64,000 bases of DNA from Oscillospiraceae bacterium. Its GTDB lineage: Bacteria; Bacillota; Clostridia; Oscillospirales; Oscillospiraceae. How positions within the stretch are numbered: the stretch's first letter is position 1; each line of letters opens with the position of its first letter. The stretch covers positions 15,436 to 79,435 of the forward strand of contig JAYFQM010000032.1 in the NCBI GenBank assembly GCA_034927185.1. Reading direction: 5' to 3'. This document shows positions 40,884 to 50,548 of this stretch, piece by piece. Below the pieces are notes generated by a model. The model made no database searches. It saw only the letters and a list, made by a program, of their open reading frames with translations, and was not told the DNA's origin. The position numbers were made by a program, and so were the translations under genes.

Positions 40884-43004
40884 ATGAAATTAAAGAAAAA
40901 CAATACGAATATTGAAAGCTCTCTGAAAAGCATATTGGATTCCTTGGAATCAGATGTGGTTATTGTCCGGAACGAGAGCTGCGACGTTTTATTTATGAAT
41001 GAAGCCGCCCGCAAGCGGGTTGACGGAGAGGATCTTTCATCCGCGGGCTACAGAAAAGGATATACATATCTTTATCCGGGACTCTGTGAAAGCTGCCCAC
41101 ACAAGGCGGATTCCAAGGACGAGTATGCCGTATTTGATATTAAAGACAGAAATGGACGTATTTTTTCCGCAACCCGAAAAACTGTTGAATGGATTGACGG
41201 CAAATCCGCAACGGCTTTATTCCTGCGTGACGTCGATGACGAACGCAGTCTAAAAAACAGAATGTATAATCTTGCCTATTACGACCAGCTGACGGGAGTT
41301 CCAAACAGACAAAAGCTCAAGGAGGACTTTGAAGCCGCGCTGAAAGATAACAAGAACGATAGATATTGTGGAATCGTAGCCATTATTGATCTTGATAATT
41401 TTAAAGTTATCAACGATAATTACGGTCACGGTACGGGCGATGAAATGCTGCTGAGGATCACGGCATACCTTGAGGGCAACGACGATTTCAAGGGCCACTT
41501 ATACAGGCTGGGCGGAGACGAGTTTGTTTTGTTCTATAAAGAGAAGCTGTCGAAATTTGAGGACCAGACAGCCGTCAGGACGTATTTTAAAGAGCTTCTC
41601 CAGAAGTCTCTGCTTTCTTACACGATGCCGAATATAGAAGCCAAATGCACTCTCAGCATGGGCGTTGCGATATTTCCCCCGCATGGAGAAACCTTATCTG
41701 AGCTTTTGCGCAAAGCGGATATCGCGCTTTATAAAGCAAAGTCCGACGGACGTAACCGGGTAGTGCTTTTTGAAGATGAATATGATGCCGCAAGAAAATT
41801 CAAGGACATGTATATAAACATGCAGCCGATTTTGATAAAAAACGGCAACACCTATGGATACGAGCTTCTTGACAGCGATAACAGCGAAAAAGAGGACGAC
41901 CACACGTTTAGCCTTTCCCAGATAGACCGTACTCTGGACGCGCTTGAGCTCAATGATATTAAAGATGGTACAAAGTATTTTATATCCTTCACAAAACAGT
42001 TTTTCAACAAAACAGTTTTGAAAAACCTGCCCAAAAGCAAATTCGTGATTCAAATCAGCGCCTCCGACAGATATGCGGAAGAACATATGGCTTTATATAA
42101 ACAGCTAAAAGCAAACGGCTACCTGTTGTTGTTGTCGAATATTACCAGCGGCATTTTGGACAGAAACTTACTTGACCTTGCCGATTATTGCAAGTTTGCG
42201 CCCGGGGGGATGAGTGCGGGCGAACAGATTAATCTGATTGCTGCGAACCCGTCTAAAACCTTCATTGCGACGGACGTATCGACAACTGAGGAATTTGAAA
42301 TTGCCAAGCGAAGAGGATTCACTCTGTTTCAGGGATACTTCTTTAATCAGCAGACGGTGGTCAAGAAGGAAAAGGATATTGAACCCCTGAAGGCCAACTA
42401 TTTTCGGCTGCTGCAGCTGACAAGTACGGATAATTATGTGGATTTCAATGAGATAAGCGCTGTGATCTCTTCGGATGTGGCATTATCGTATAAATTGCTC
42501 CGCCTGCTGAACTCCGCCTCCGTTGGACTGCGCACCAGAGTAACCTCCATTCTTACCGCGCTGACCTTTTTGGGGGAAGAAAGCCTGAAACAGTGGATAT
42601 CGGTTCTGGCTCTGCGCGGCGTTTCCGATGAGAAGCCGCTGGAACTTGTGAGAATGTCCCTGATAAGGGCGCGATTCGGTGAAAGCTTATCGTGCTGCTT
42701 TAAGCCTCCGATGGATACAAAGAACGTATTTATGGTGGGGCTATTGTCTCTTCTGCATATTGCACTTGATAAAACGAAGGAAGAGATGCTGGATGAAATT
42801 CCCGTTGCGGACAAGATCCGGCAGTCCCTTCTGGGAGACGACGGCCCATACTCAGAACTATTAAAGTTTTTTGAATCCTACGAACATGCTGATTGGAGTG
42901 AAATTTCGCGTTTTTCCGAAAAACATGAAATTGGCTGCTATGCGATCAACAATGCATATGTAAGTGCTGTTAAATGGTGCAACGATTTGATTAACGCATA
43001 TTGA
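40884..43004 (+). CDS. sensor (PAS-like) - GGDEF - degenerate EAL-like - HDOD protein
   Basis: YDQLTGVPNR...NDNYGHGTGDEML...LGGDEFVLF is an intact GGDEF domain. The EAL-like region YGYELLDS...FISFT...VIQIS...LLLSNI...CKF...IATDVST...FQGYFF has lost most metal and catalytic residues. HDOD: DVALSYKLLRLLNSASVGLRTRVTSILTALTFLGEESLKQW. The ATG at 40884 is preferred over the GTG at 40875. Confidence 0.88.
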   Translation: MKLKKNNTNIESSLKSILDSLESDVVIVRNESCDVLFMNEAARKRVDGEDLSSAGYRKGYTYLYPGLCESCPHKADSKDEYAVFDIKDRNGRIFSATRKTVEWIDGKSATALFLRDVDDERSLKNRMYNLAYYDQLTGVPNRQKLKEDFEAALKDNKNDRYCGIVAIIDLDNFKVINDNYGHGTGDEMLLRITAYLEGNDDFKGHLYRLGGDEFVLFYKEKLSKFEDQTAVRTYFKELLQKSLLSYTMPNIEAKCTLSMGVAIFPPHGETLSELLRKADIALYKAKSDGRNRVVLFEDEYDAARKFKDMYINMQPILIKNGNTYGYELLDSDNSEKEDDHTFSLSQIDRTLDALELNDIKDGTKYFISFTKQFFNKTVLKNLPKSKFVIQISASDRYAEEHMALYKQLKANGYLLLLSNITSGILDRNLLDLADYCKFAPGGMSAGEQINLIAANPSKTFIATDVSTTEEFEIAKRRGFTLFQGYFFNQQTVVKKEKDIEPLKANYFRLLQLTSTDNYVDFNEISAVISSDVALSYKLLRLLNSASVGLRTRVTSILTALTFLGEESLKQWISVLALRGVSDEKPLELVRMSLIRARFGESLSCCFKPPMDTKNVFMVGLLSLLHIALDKTKEEMLDEIPVADKIRQSLLGDDGPYSELLKFFESYEHADWSEISRFSEKHEIGCYAINNAYVSAVKWCNDLINAY

Positions 43005-43028
43005 CAGAAAACGGAGAGGATAAACAGC

Positions 43029-44045
43029 ATGGATGTGTATATTGCCAGGCAGCCGATTTTTGACAGGCAGATGAGAATATACGGCTATGAACTTCTTTAC
43101 AGGAAAAGCGATGAGAACGCTTTCACCGAAATGGATGACGATATTGCAACCAGTGAGCTGATCTACAATTCTTTCCTTGTTGCCGGACTCAACAAGCTGA
43201 CGGACGGGACGAAAGCTTTTATTAATTTTTCAAAGGATCTGATTGACAGCAAGTTGCCATACCTTCTGCCTAAGGACAGCGTTGTGTTCGAAATCCTTGA
43301 GCGTAAGGAGGCGACTGAGGCGACAATAGAGGCATGCGACAGGCTGAAAGCACTGGGCTATGAGCTTGCGCTCGATGATTTTGTAATAGATGACAGCTTT
43401 CTGCCCCTGTTTGATAAGGTTGATATAATAAAGGTGGAATATCCGTCGGTCAGCCTCGAAGACCAGAGCCGATTAGTAAAGGAAAACAGGAACGGAACCC
43501 GGTTTCTTGCAGAAAAAATCGAGACCAGGGAGGACTTTCAGCACGCCTTCGATATTGGATACGACTTTTTTCAGGGATACTTCTTCAGTAAGCCAACAAT
43601 TATTAACTCGAAGGAAATCGCGTCGATCAGCGCAAATATTATTGCAATTGCAGATGAACTGAAAAACCCAGAACCGAGCTATGACGTGATATCGGAGATA
43701 ATCATGAGCGATCTGGGATTGACATATAAGCTGCTGAGCCTTGCTAATTCAGTCTATATGGGGGCAAGGGGGAAAATCAGGTCCGTTAAGCAGGCGCTGT
43801 CTTATATCGGCATTAACGAGATGAACCAATGGATCAACATTATGATGGTTAGGGACCTGCAGAATGTCGAAAACGCCGAGCTTGTAAAACTGTCTCTCAT
43901 ACGCGGTAAATTTTTGGAGCTGCTCGCAAAAGAGCTGAAATACACTGATAAAGCTTCCGAATGCTTCCTGACGGGTATGTTCTCGTTCATAGATGTTTTA
44001 ATGAATAAACCGATGGGTGAGGTTCTTGAGGGACTTCCGCTTTAA
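43029..44045 (+). CDS. EAL-HDOD protein (PdeH/YuxH-like c-di-GMP phosphodiesterase), truncated by an in-frame TAA
   Basis: YGYELLYR, FINFS, FEILER, ALDDFV, IKVE, LAEKIET and FQGYFFSKP form a near-complete EAL catalytic set. The HDOD begins at DLGLTYKLLSLANSVY. The ORF ends inside the HDOD domain. Confidence 0.85.
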   Translation: MDVYIARQPIFDRQMRIYGYELLYRKSDENAFTEMDDDIATSELIYNSFLVAGLNKLTDGTKAFINFSKDLIDSKLPYLLPKDSVVFEILERKEATEATIEACDRLKALGYELALDDFVIDDSFLPLFDKVDIIKVEYPSVSLEDQSRLVKENRNGTRFLAEKIETREDFQHAFDIGYDFFQGYFFSKPTIINSKEIASISANIIAIADELKNPEPSYDVISEIIMSDLGLTYKLLSLANSVYMGARGKIRSVKQALSYIGINEMNQWINIMMVRDLQNVENAELVKLSLIRGKFLELLAKELKYTDKASECFLTGMFSFIDVLMNKPMGEVLEGLPL

Positions 44046-44234
44046 AAAGACGTTAAGCAGGCTCTTCTGGGTGGAAAAAACATTTTCAGGCAGCTTCTTG
44101 ATTTTCTGATCGACTATGAATCGGCCGACTGGAGTAAAATTGAGGACAGGTATCCGTTTAACGTGATTAGGACGAGCAGATTTATGAAAATATATCTTGA
44201 GTCTCTTGAGTGGGCAAAGAAGCTGAATTTTTAG
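44046..44234 (+). other. same-frame continuation of the preceding EAL-HDOD gene (detached C-terminal 62 codons)
   Basis: Directly after TAA 44043-44045 the same frame reads KDVKQALLGGKNIFRQLLDFLIDYESADWSKIEDRYPFNVIRTSRFMKIYLESLEWAKKLNF*. This aligns with the C-termini of both paralogs (DKIRQSLLGDDGPYSELLKFFESYEHADWSEI... and DELKGGLIGREGVCDDLLRLCTLYEKGRWGKV...). Confidence 0.75.
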
Positions 44235-44264
44235 ATACACCCTTGCTGTGCCCAGCTAAGAATA

Positions 44265-44310
44265 CCCTATATAAACGCCGCATGCTCAGCATGCGGCGTT
44301 TATATAGGGT
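44265..44310. terminator. bidirectional terminator (about 21-bp perfect palindrome)
   Basis: ACCCTATATAAACGCCGCATGC-TCAG-CATGCGGCGTTTATATAGGGT. Lies between convergent genes. Confidence 0.75.
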
Positions 44311-44405
44311 TACTGTGCCTGATTGAAGGCGGGGAACGCATAAAAATGGGAAAAGAGGAGGAGTAACTGAGTAGTAATTGAAAAAATTTTTATGCTTCCG
44401 CGGGA

Positions 44406-46430
44406 TCAAGTTGCAAGCCTGAATTGTCCGACAAGGCTTTTTAACACTTCGGCCTGACTTGAAAGCTCCTCGCTTGCTGCGGCACTTTCCTCGCTTGTTG
44501 CAGAGTTCATCTGAACTACGGAGGAGACCTGCTCGATGCCAATCGAAACTTGATTAATTGCGGCTGCCTGCTCCTGAGCCTGTTCGGATATCTCATCGAT
44601 CAGGACTACAATCTCCGAAGCTTTTTTAGCAACTTCCACAAAACCCGTACTTGTGTTGCTCACAAGCTGAGAACCCTTTTCAACAGCTTCGATGGAGCTT
44701 TCGATGAGGAGAGTGGTGTTCTTAGCAGCCTCCGCGGATTTTTGCGATAAATTACGAACCTCATCGGCAACCACCGCAAAGCCCTTACCGGCAGCTCCGG
44801 CTCTGGCTGCCTCAACAGCGGCATTGAGCGCGAGGATGTTGGTCTGGAAAGCGATATCGTCAATTGTTTTGATGACCTTGCCGATGTTTTTGGAGGTTGA
44901 CGAAATCTTGTCCATCGCCTGGCGGGCGAGTTCCATGTCGTTTACGCTGCTCTGCATAACGGCTTCGGTTGACGTTGTCAGTTCCTTTGCTTTCTCTGCA
45001 TCTTCGGCGTTTCTCGTAACGCGCTGCGATATATCGGCTATTGAAGCCGAAAGCTCCTGAACACTGCTTGCCTGCTCGGTGGCACCCTGAGCCAGAGCCT
45101 GAGAACCGGAGCTTACCTGCGAGGCTCCAGCCGATACCTGTTCGGAAACCTGAAGTATGTCCAGGAAAGAGTCGGAAAGGCCGCTCTTCAAGGTTTTCAG
45201 GGAGGTGAGGATATTTGCGTAATCTCCTATATACAAGCCAGTATCGTGTGAATTGACGTCAAAGTTTCCTCCGGAGAACTCCGACAGGATAAAGTCTATA
45301 TCTTTAATTATCGATCCTGTTTGGCTCAAAGTATTTAGAATGGAACTTTTTAGAACGACAAATTCGGAAGAGGCAGCCGCAAGGTCGGGAAGCGGCGATA
45401 AAACATCGCCTGCTGCCAGCTGTGATAGCCTTTTAATGTATACTTTCAACGGATCAACGACTCTGTTTGCAATATAGATACAGCCGAATACGCCCACGAG
45501 AATGATTATGACAAGCAAAGCTGCGGAGCCATAGATGGAGGTCATCACTCCTCTGGTAAAGTCCGATACGGGCGCGGTCAGACAAATGATCCAACCATCG
45601 CTGCCTTCAACAGTGGAAGCGCAGAGAAATTTCCTGACGCCCTGGTACTGGTACTGATTAAAGGAGACCTCTCCGGATAGTGCGCTATTGAACGAATCCA
45701 CCAAAGGCTGCAAAGCCGGCTCGCTTTCCGCCAATTCAAAAATGTTTTTTCCATCAGAAATATAAGCTGTGTCAATATAATCTACAAAATCTCCGTTTTT
45801 ATCAAGTATGTATGCGTAACCGTTTTTGCTTATGTTCATACTGGATATGGCCTGACCGATCAGAGTCTGAGGCACGGTAAAGCAAACTACTCCCGTAACC
45901 GAGGTCCCTTTCATACCATTTGTCCAAATCGGCGTGGAGAGAGTCATGGCGAGCTCGCCCGATTTTTCATCAAGGTATGGGGAGGTAATGTATGTTTCGC
46001 CATCCTTGGCGGGAGAGAAGTACTCAGCCGAGGAGTAGTCTTTGCCGGTCTTTATTTCTTTGCCGCTGGCAGATAAAATGTATCCGTCAAGTAAGTCATA
46101 TTCTTTGACCTTTTTTGTTACAAGAGCTGCCTTTTCCGCATCGGTAGCCTCTGAACTGTACATAACGCTGTTGGACGCGATTTCTTCCATTAGTACCGAT
46201 ATTCTGCCTAGCTTATTGGAAACGGCGTCACCCGCGATTCCGGCGGCGGAAATCATCGAATCCTCAAGACTGGAAATGGTGCTGCGATAGCCCATATATA
46301 CAGTAAAAACCGCCAAAACAACGGAAGCCGTACATATAAAGATAATTATTGGCACAGTTATGGTCATACGCAGGCTATTTTTCCTTTTTTCCTTTAATGC
46401 TGTCAGGCCTTTTAAATCATTTTTTTCCAT
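44406..46430 (-). CDS. methyl-accepting chemotaxis protein with large Cache-type extracellular sensor
   Basis: About 270-aa extracytoplasmic domain between two TM helices (double-Cache size and pattern), HAMP, and signalling tip [36 protein letters not shown]. The ATG at 46430 follows GGGGGG. Confidence 0.92.
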   Translation of the reverse strand: MEKNDLKGLTALKEKRKNSLRMTITVPIIIFICTASVVLAVFTVYMGYRSTISSLEDSMISAAGIAGDAVSNKLGRISVLMEEIASNSVMYSSEATDAEKAALVTKKVKEYDLLDGYILSASGKEIKTGKDYSSAEYFSPAKDGETYITSPYLDEKSGELAMTLSTPIWTNGMKGTSVTGVVCFTVPQTLIGQAISSMNISKNGYAYILDKNGDFVDYIDTAYISDGKNIFELAESEPALQPLVDSFNSALSGEVSFNQYQYQGVRKFLCASTVEGSDGWIICLTAPVSDFTRGVMTSIYGSAALLVIIILVGVFGCIYIANRVVDPLKVYIKRLSQLAAGDVLSPLPDLAAASSEFVVLKSSILNTLSQTGSIIKDIDFILSEFSGGNFDVNSHDTGLYIGDYANILTSLKTLKSGLSDSFLDILQVSEQVSAGASQVSSGSQALAQGATEQASSVQELSASIADISQRVTRNAEDAEKAKELTTSTEAVMQSSVNDMELARQAMDKISSTSKNIGKVIKTIDDIAFQTNILALNAAVEAARAGAAGKGFAVVADEVRNLSQKSAEAAKNTTLLIESSIEAVEKGSQLVSNTSTGFVEVAKKASEIVVLIDEISEQAQEQAAAINQVSIGIEQVSSVVQMNSATSEESAAASEELSSQAEVLKSLVGQFRLAT

Positions 46431-46719
46431 TTGGTACCCCCCAATTTTATATAATTTCTCAATAGAGTTTTGCTTGCGGTACACAATCGGATCTCAAGCA
46501 AAGAATACCAAAGCTTTGCGGGCTTTATGCTCGTTTCTGTGTAATCTTTCTTTCACTAGATTTATGCTATGATTTTTGCTTACCACAAGAAGCTAACTAA
46601 GAATGTTTATTAAATATTATTAAGCTCACATGCTCAGAAAAATTGTGTACCCTCCAAAACAAAAGAGAATACCCGGGACTCTAAAAGAACCTCGGGTATA
46701 TTATCGTGTTGCAGGTAAG

Positions 46720-47859
46720 CTAGCTAACGGACGCTTTTGAAGTAAGGGAGGGGACAGGCAGATCGAAGGCACCATCATCAGAAGCGCCCAAAACAGAAGC
46801 TATGGTGACGAAAAGATACCTTACGTCCTCAAGCAGATCAAGCTCATCGCCCTTTTCGCCAAGCTCGGAGTCCTCAAGAAGCCTCACACACGGACGGAAA
46901 ATGTTTTCTGCATGATTTTTCACAACGACGGCGGTCGAGCCGTCGGACAATTTGACCAAGGTTCCCGATGGGTAAATGCTTATCAGATGAGAAAATACCT
47001 TGACAAGCTCGCAGTCAAACTGAGAGTCCGATCCGGCAATTATGTATTCAATTGCGTCTTTGGGATGCCAGGCCTTACGGTAGCTCCTCTGGCTTGTCAG
47101 CGCGTCATAAACATCGGCCACAGCTAGAATACGTCCGAAAAGAGGAATCTGGCTGCCGCTGTATCCGAACGGGTAGCCGCTACCGTCTATCTTTTCGTGG
47201 TGGCTTTGTATTCCAGGCAAAACCTCGGTGGAAAGGTTATAGCACTTGCGCATACGCTCGACGCCCTTTAATGGGTGGGACTTTATGACATCGAATTCCA
47301 AAGGAGTTACGGCGCCGTTTTTGTTTATTATCTCAATGGGAATATCAATTTTTCCGATATCGTGCATAAGCGCGCAAAGAGCAATATCTTCAAGTCTGTT
47401 CCGTGTGATGCCGAGTTCTCCCGCCAACATGGTGCTGAGAATGCCGACATTTAAGCTGTGCGAATACGTATAATTGTCGTAACTCTTGATTTCAATTATA
47501 TCCAGGAGATGCTCTTCGCTGTTCAAAATGTTATCAACGATTTTTCCGGCGATTTTTTTTGTTGATACAACGGATGTACTTGAAATATAAGGCTGGCTGA
47601 AATAGTTGTTATACAGGGTATGAAACTCGTTTGTCATCTCCTGCTTAGTCTGCTGGCTTATCATACTCCTTGGCTCAATGCCTTCAGTTCCCTCCATCTC
47701 AACGTAAATACCGTCGATATCACAGGCGGCGAGCCGTCTTATATAGCGGTCGGTGAGAACTTCTCCATCCTGAAGAAGGGGGAACAAGCCGCTTGGCGCA
47801 GAAACGCTTTTTGCTAGAGTCATTCCCGGCCGTACCCTGGAAAGCGGGATATAAATCAC
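46720..47859 (-). CDS. HD-GYP domain c-di-GMP phosphodiesterase (N-terminal DUF3391-like domain)
   Basis: HDIGKIDIP and HHEKIDGSGYPFG motifs. GTG start. Confidence 0.88.
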   Translation of the reverse strand: MIYIPLSRVRPGMTLAKSVSAPSGLFPLLQDGEVLTDRYIRRLAACDIDGIYVEMEGTEGIEPRSMISQQTKQEMTNEFHTLYNNYFSQPYISSTSVVSTKKIAGKIVDNILNSEEHLLDIIEIKSYDNYTYSHSLNVGILSTMLAGELGITRNRLEDIALCALMHDIGKIDIPIEIINKNGAVTPLEFDVIKSHPLKGVERMRKCYNLSTEVLPGIQSHHEKIDGSGYPFGYSGSQIPLFGRILAVADVYDALTSQRSYRKAWHPKDAIEYIIAGSDSQFDCELVKVFSHLISIYPSGTLVKLSDGSTAVVVKNHAENIFRPCVRLLEDSELGEKGDELDLLEDVRYLFVTIASVLGASDDGAFDLPVPSLTSKASVS

Positions 47860-48078
47860 TTTGATGACCTCTTTTTCTCTTCTGATTCAAAAAGTGTTTT
47901 AAAGAACCATCTATATAAAAAACGGTTTAGATAAATTTATACAACATATTTATACACTGCTGATTTAAAAAGTAAAGAGAATAAAAATACAAAGCTATGA
48001 AAAAATAACGAATTGTTCTATAAATATAGCGCCAAAGTCTTCGAGGTACAAAAATTTCGGCGCATATCATTATTGATC

Positions 48079-49146
48079 CTAAATTGCCCGGTTTTTTAGT
48101 CGAACAATTAAATCGTCCGCAATTTTGTCAAGCGGAAGCTGTTTTACAATACCGCCGAGCTTGTAGGCTTCCATCGGCATACCGTAGACAACGGAGCTGT
48201 CTTTGTCCTGCCCTATTGTGTACCCGCCGAATTTGCGGATTTTGGTGATGCCTGAGGCTCCGTCCGAACCCATTCCCGTAAGTATTACCGCGATGGCATT
48301 TCGCCCGGCAAGCTCTGCAACGCTGTCGAACAGAACATTGACGGAGGGCGAGTGACCGCTGACTTTTTCTCCGGCCACGCTGCGGATATAGTAACCGTTC
48401 TCATCCTTTTTTAGAGTCATTTGATATCCGCCTGCTCCGACGATGATCTGACCGGGAGTGACTCTGTCGAAATCCTCGGCTTCCTTGGCACGCATTTTGC
48501 ATATTCTACTCAGTCTGTCGGCATAAAGCTTCGTAAAAACAGCCGGCATATGCTGAACTATCAGCACAGGCGGAGAAGAGGCAGGCAAGTCCTTAACGAC
48601 ACTAATAATGGCCTCTGTACCGCCCGTTGAGGCTCCGATTGCTATAACTGTGTTGTTGTTGAAGGAAAGGCTTCGGAGCGGCGGCATGCCAACACTCTGT
48701 GATGCGCCCACATGTTCATGGAAGGATGAAATCTCAAGGCGCTTTATGTTCGCCTTGGACGCAATTTTAATTTTTTCGATAAGCTTGATAATGAATGTCT
48801 CGGAGGAGTCCGCGACGCCGGCTTCCGGCTTTTTAACAAAATCAACCGCGCCGAGACTCAGCGCGTCCAAAGCGTTTGCCGGCAGCGAACTGACGACAAC
48901 AATGGGCAAAGGTTGCGTCGGCATAACGGCTTTCAACAGCTCGAAGCCCCTCGCGTTCGGCATTTCGATGTCCAGAGTGACCACATCGGGGTTCAGCTCT
49001 TTAATCTTTTTGAGTGCGTCGTCAACATCGACTGCCGTACCTATAACCTTCAATTCGGGGTCTTTGTTCAGAGAGAGATTAAGTTTTGTTCTAAATACGA
49101 TCGAATCATCGACGACCAGTACTTTAATCGACATTTTTCGGGACAC
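48079..49146 (-). CDS. cheB: chemotaxis response regulator protein-glutamate methylesterase
   Basis: REC domain (KVLVVDDS, TLDIEMP) plus the methylesterase Ser motif GASTGG. The start is GTG at 49146 or ATG at 49134. Confidence 0.93.
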   Translation of the reverse strand: MSRKMSIKVLVVDDSIVFRTKLNLSLNKDPELKVIGTAVDVDDALKKIKELNPDVVTLDIEMPNARGFELLKAVMPTQPLPIVVVSSLPANALDALSLGAVDFVKKPEAGVADSSETFIIKLIEKIKIASKANIKRLEISSFHEHVGASQSVGMPPLRSLSFNNNTVIAIGASTGGTEAIISVVKDLPASSPPVLIVQHMPAVFTKLYADRLSRICKMRAKEAEDFDRVTPGQIIVGAGGYQMTLKKDENGYYIRSVAGEKVSGHSPSVNVLFDSVAELAGRNAIAVILTGMGSDGASGITKIRKFGGYTIGQDKDSSVVYGMPMEAYKLGGIVKQLPLDKIADDLIVRLKNRAI

Positions 49147-49150
49147 ATCC

Positions 49151-49987
49151 TCATCGTTTTAGCTTACGGTATACCGATGGGAACAGGTATTGATAATCGT
49201 TATCAAACCTGCTAATCGTTTCCGAATGACTTACGAAAAAGTACCCGCCCTCAGTGTTTGCTTGGTAAAACTTCCTTACAACCTGCTGAGCTGTCTGGGG
49301 TTTAAAGTAAATCATAACATTGCGGCAAAAGATTATATCGTAATAATTACTGTACGGAAACGGATCCATCAGATTGAACTTCTTAAATGATACCATATTT
49401 CTGATACTGGGCGCAACCTGAAAATTCCCATCCGGCAGCTTTGACATATAATTTGATTTCCATGAAGCGGGCATAACGTCAAGCGAGCTTTCCGGATATA
49501 CCGCTTTTGTGGCAACAGACAGCGCCTCGGTGGAAACATCTGTCGCAGTGATTGAAACTGACCAGAGGTTTCGCTTAAACCCAACGGCGCTGTCTATTGC
49601 CATTGCGATATTATAGGGTTCCTGACCCGTCGAGCATCCGGCGCTCCAGATTTTAATAGTTCGCTTTGAGGATTTTTCAAATTCCGGGACTATGGTTTTG
49701 GCAAGATAATCGAAATGATCCGTTTCCCGCGAAAAAAATGAGTAGTTTGTTGTGAGCTTGTTCATTACGGCCTCAATGATCTTCATGCTCTTATCGGCCT
49801 TTATAAGCTCTATATACTGAGTGAAGTTCTGCAAACCGCGCGATTTCAGTTCACTGGCGAGGCGGGCCTCGATAAGATGACGTTTCTGTGATAGATCAAT
49901 TCCGTAGTGTTGGCTAACAAACTTTACGAAATAGTCAAACTCGCTGTCGCTGAGTTTTACTATTCTGAAGGCTTCTTCGGTTTTCAT
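49151..49987 (-). CDS. cheR: chemotaxis protein methyltransferase
   Basis: IWSAGCSTGQEPY SAM-binding motif and FCRNVMIYF. Confidence 0.93.
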   Translation of the reverse strand: MKTEEAFRIVKLSDSEFDYFVKFVSQHYGIDLSQKRHLIEARLASELKSRGLQNFTQYIELIKADKSMKIIEAVMNKLTTNYSFFSRETDHFDYLAKTIVPEFEKSSKRTIKIWSAGCSTGQEPYNIAMAIDSAVGFKRNLWSVSITATDVSTEALSVATKAVYPESSLDVMPASWKSNYMSKLPDGNFQVAPSIRNMVSFKKFNLMDPFPYSNYYDIIFCRNVMIYFKPQTAQQVVRKFYQANTEGGYFFVSHSETISRFDNDYQYLFPSVYRKLKR

Positions 49988-50008
49988 AGGGGCGTTTTTA
50001 CCTTTCGG

Positions 50009-50485
50009 TCAGGATACTGTCGTGTCAAAGTCATCATGAAAGAACTTTTCACAGTCAAGGTTAAGGACGACTTTGTCGTCAAGCTGAGAAATCGAGGAAA
50101 TGTAGTTTGACTTTTCGCCAATCGTCTGAGGGGGCGGAATTACACGGTCGGACGGAACTGTCACTACCTCCGACACCATATCGACAATAAGTCCGACATG
50201 CATATCCCTGATGTCTATTACGATGATGCAGGTTGCCTCATCGTTTTCCCTCTCCGAAATACCGAGCTTCTTCCTGACGTCAATAACCGGGATGACCTTT
50301 CCGCGGAGGTTAATTATTCCCTTTACATATCCCGCCACACGGGGAAGCTTTGTTATTGACTGAACGGTCAGAATCTCAAGGGCCAAAGCCAAAGGAAGAC
50401 CGTAGTATGTGCCGTCTATTGTAAACAATAAGTATCTGTCGTTCAGGAAATCGACCAATTCTGCTTTTTTTACCACATTTGTCAT
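50009..50485 (-). CDS. cheW: chemotaxis coupling protein CheW
   Basis: 158 aa with IINLRGKVIPVIDVRKKLG, typical of CheW. Confidence 0.93.
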   Translation of the reverse strand: MTNVVKKAELVDFLNDRYLLFTIDGTYYGLPLALALEILTVQSITKLPRVAGYVKGIINLRGKVIPVIDVRKKLGISERENDEATCIIVIDIRDMHVGLIVDMVSEVVTVPSDRVIPPPQTIGEKSNYISSISQLDDKVVLNLDCEKFFHDDFDTTVS

Positions 50486-50548
50486 AAGGCGTATTCCTTC
50501 CTTCTTAGAATTTCCGTGAATAATGAAAAGACTGGGAGCTTAAGAGCG

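Noticed and set aside
43998-44240. 80-aa minus-strand ORF.
   Set aside because: It is antisense to the detached C-terminal segment of the EAL-HDOD gene, and that segment aligns with two paralogs on the plus strand.
48608-49162. 184-aa plus-strand ORF.
   Set aside because: It is antisense to cheB.
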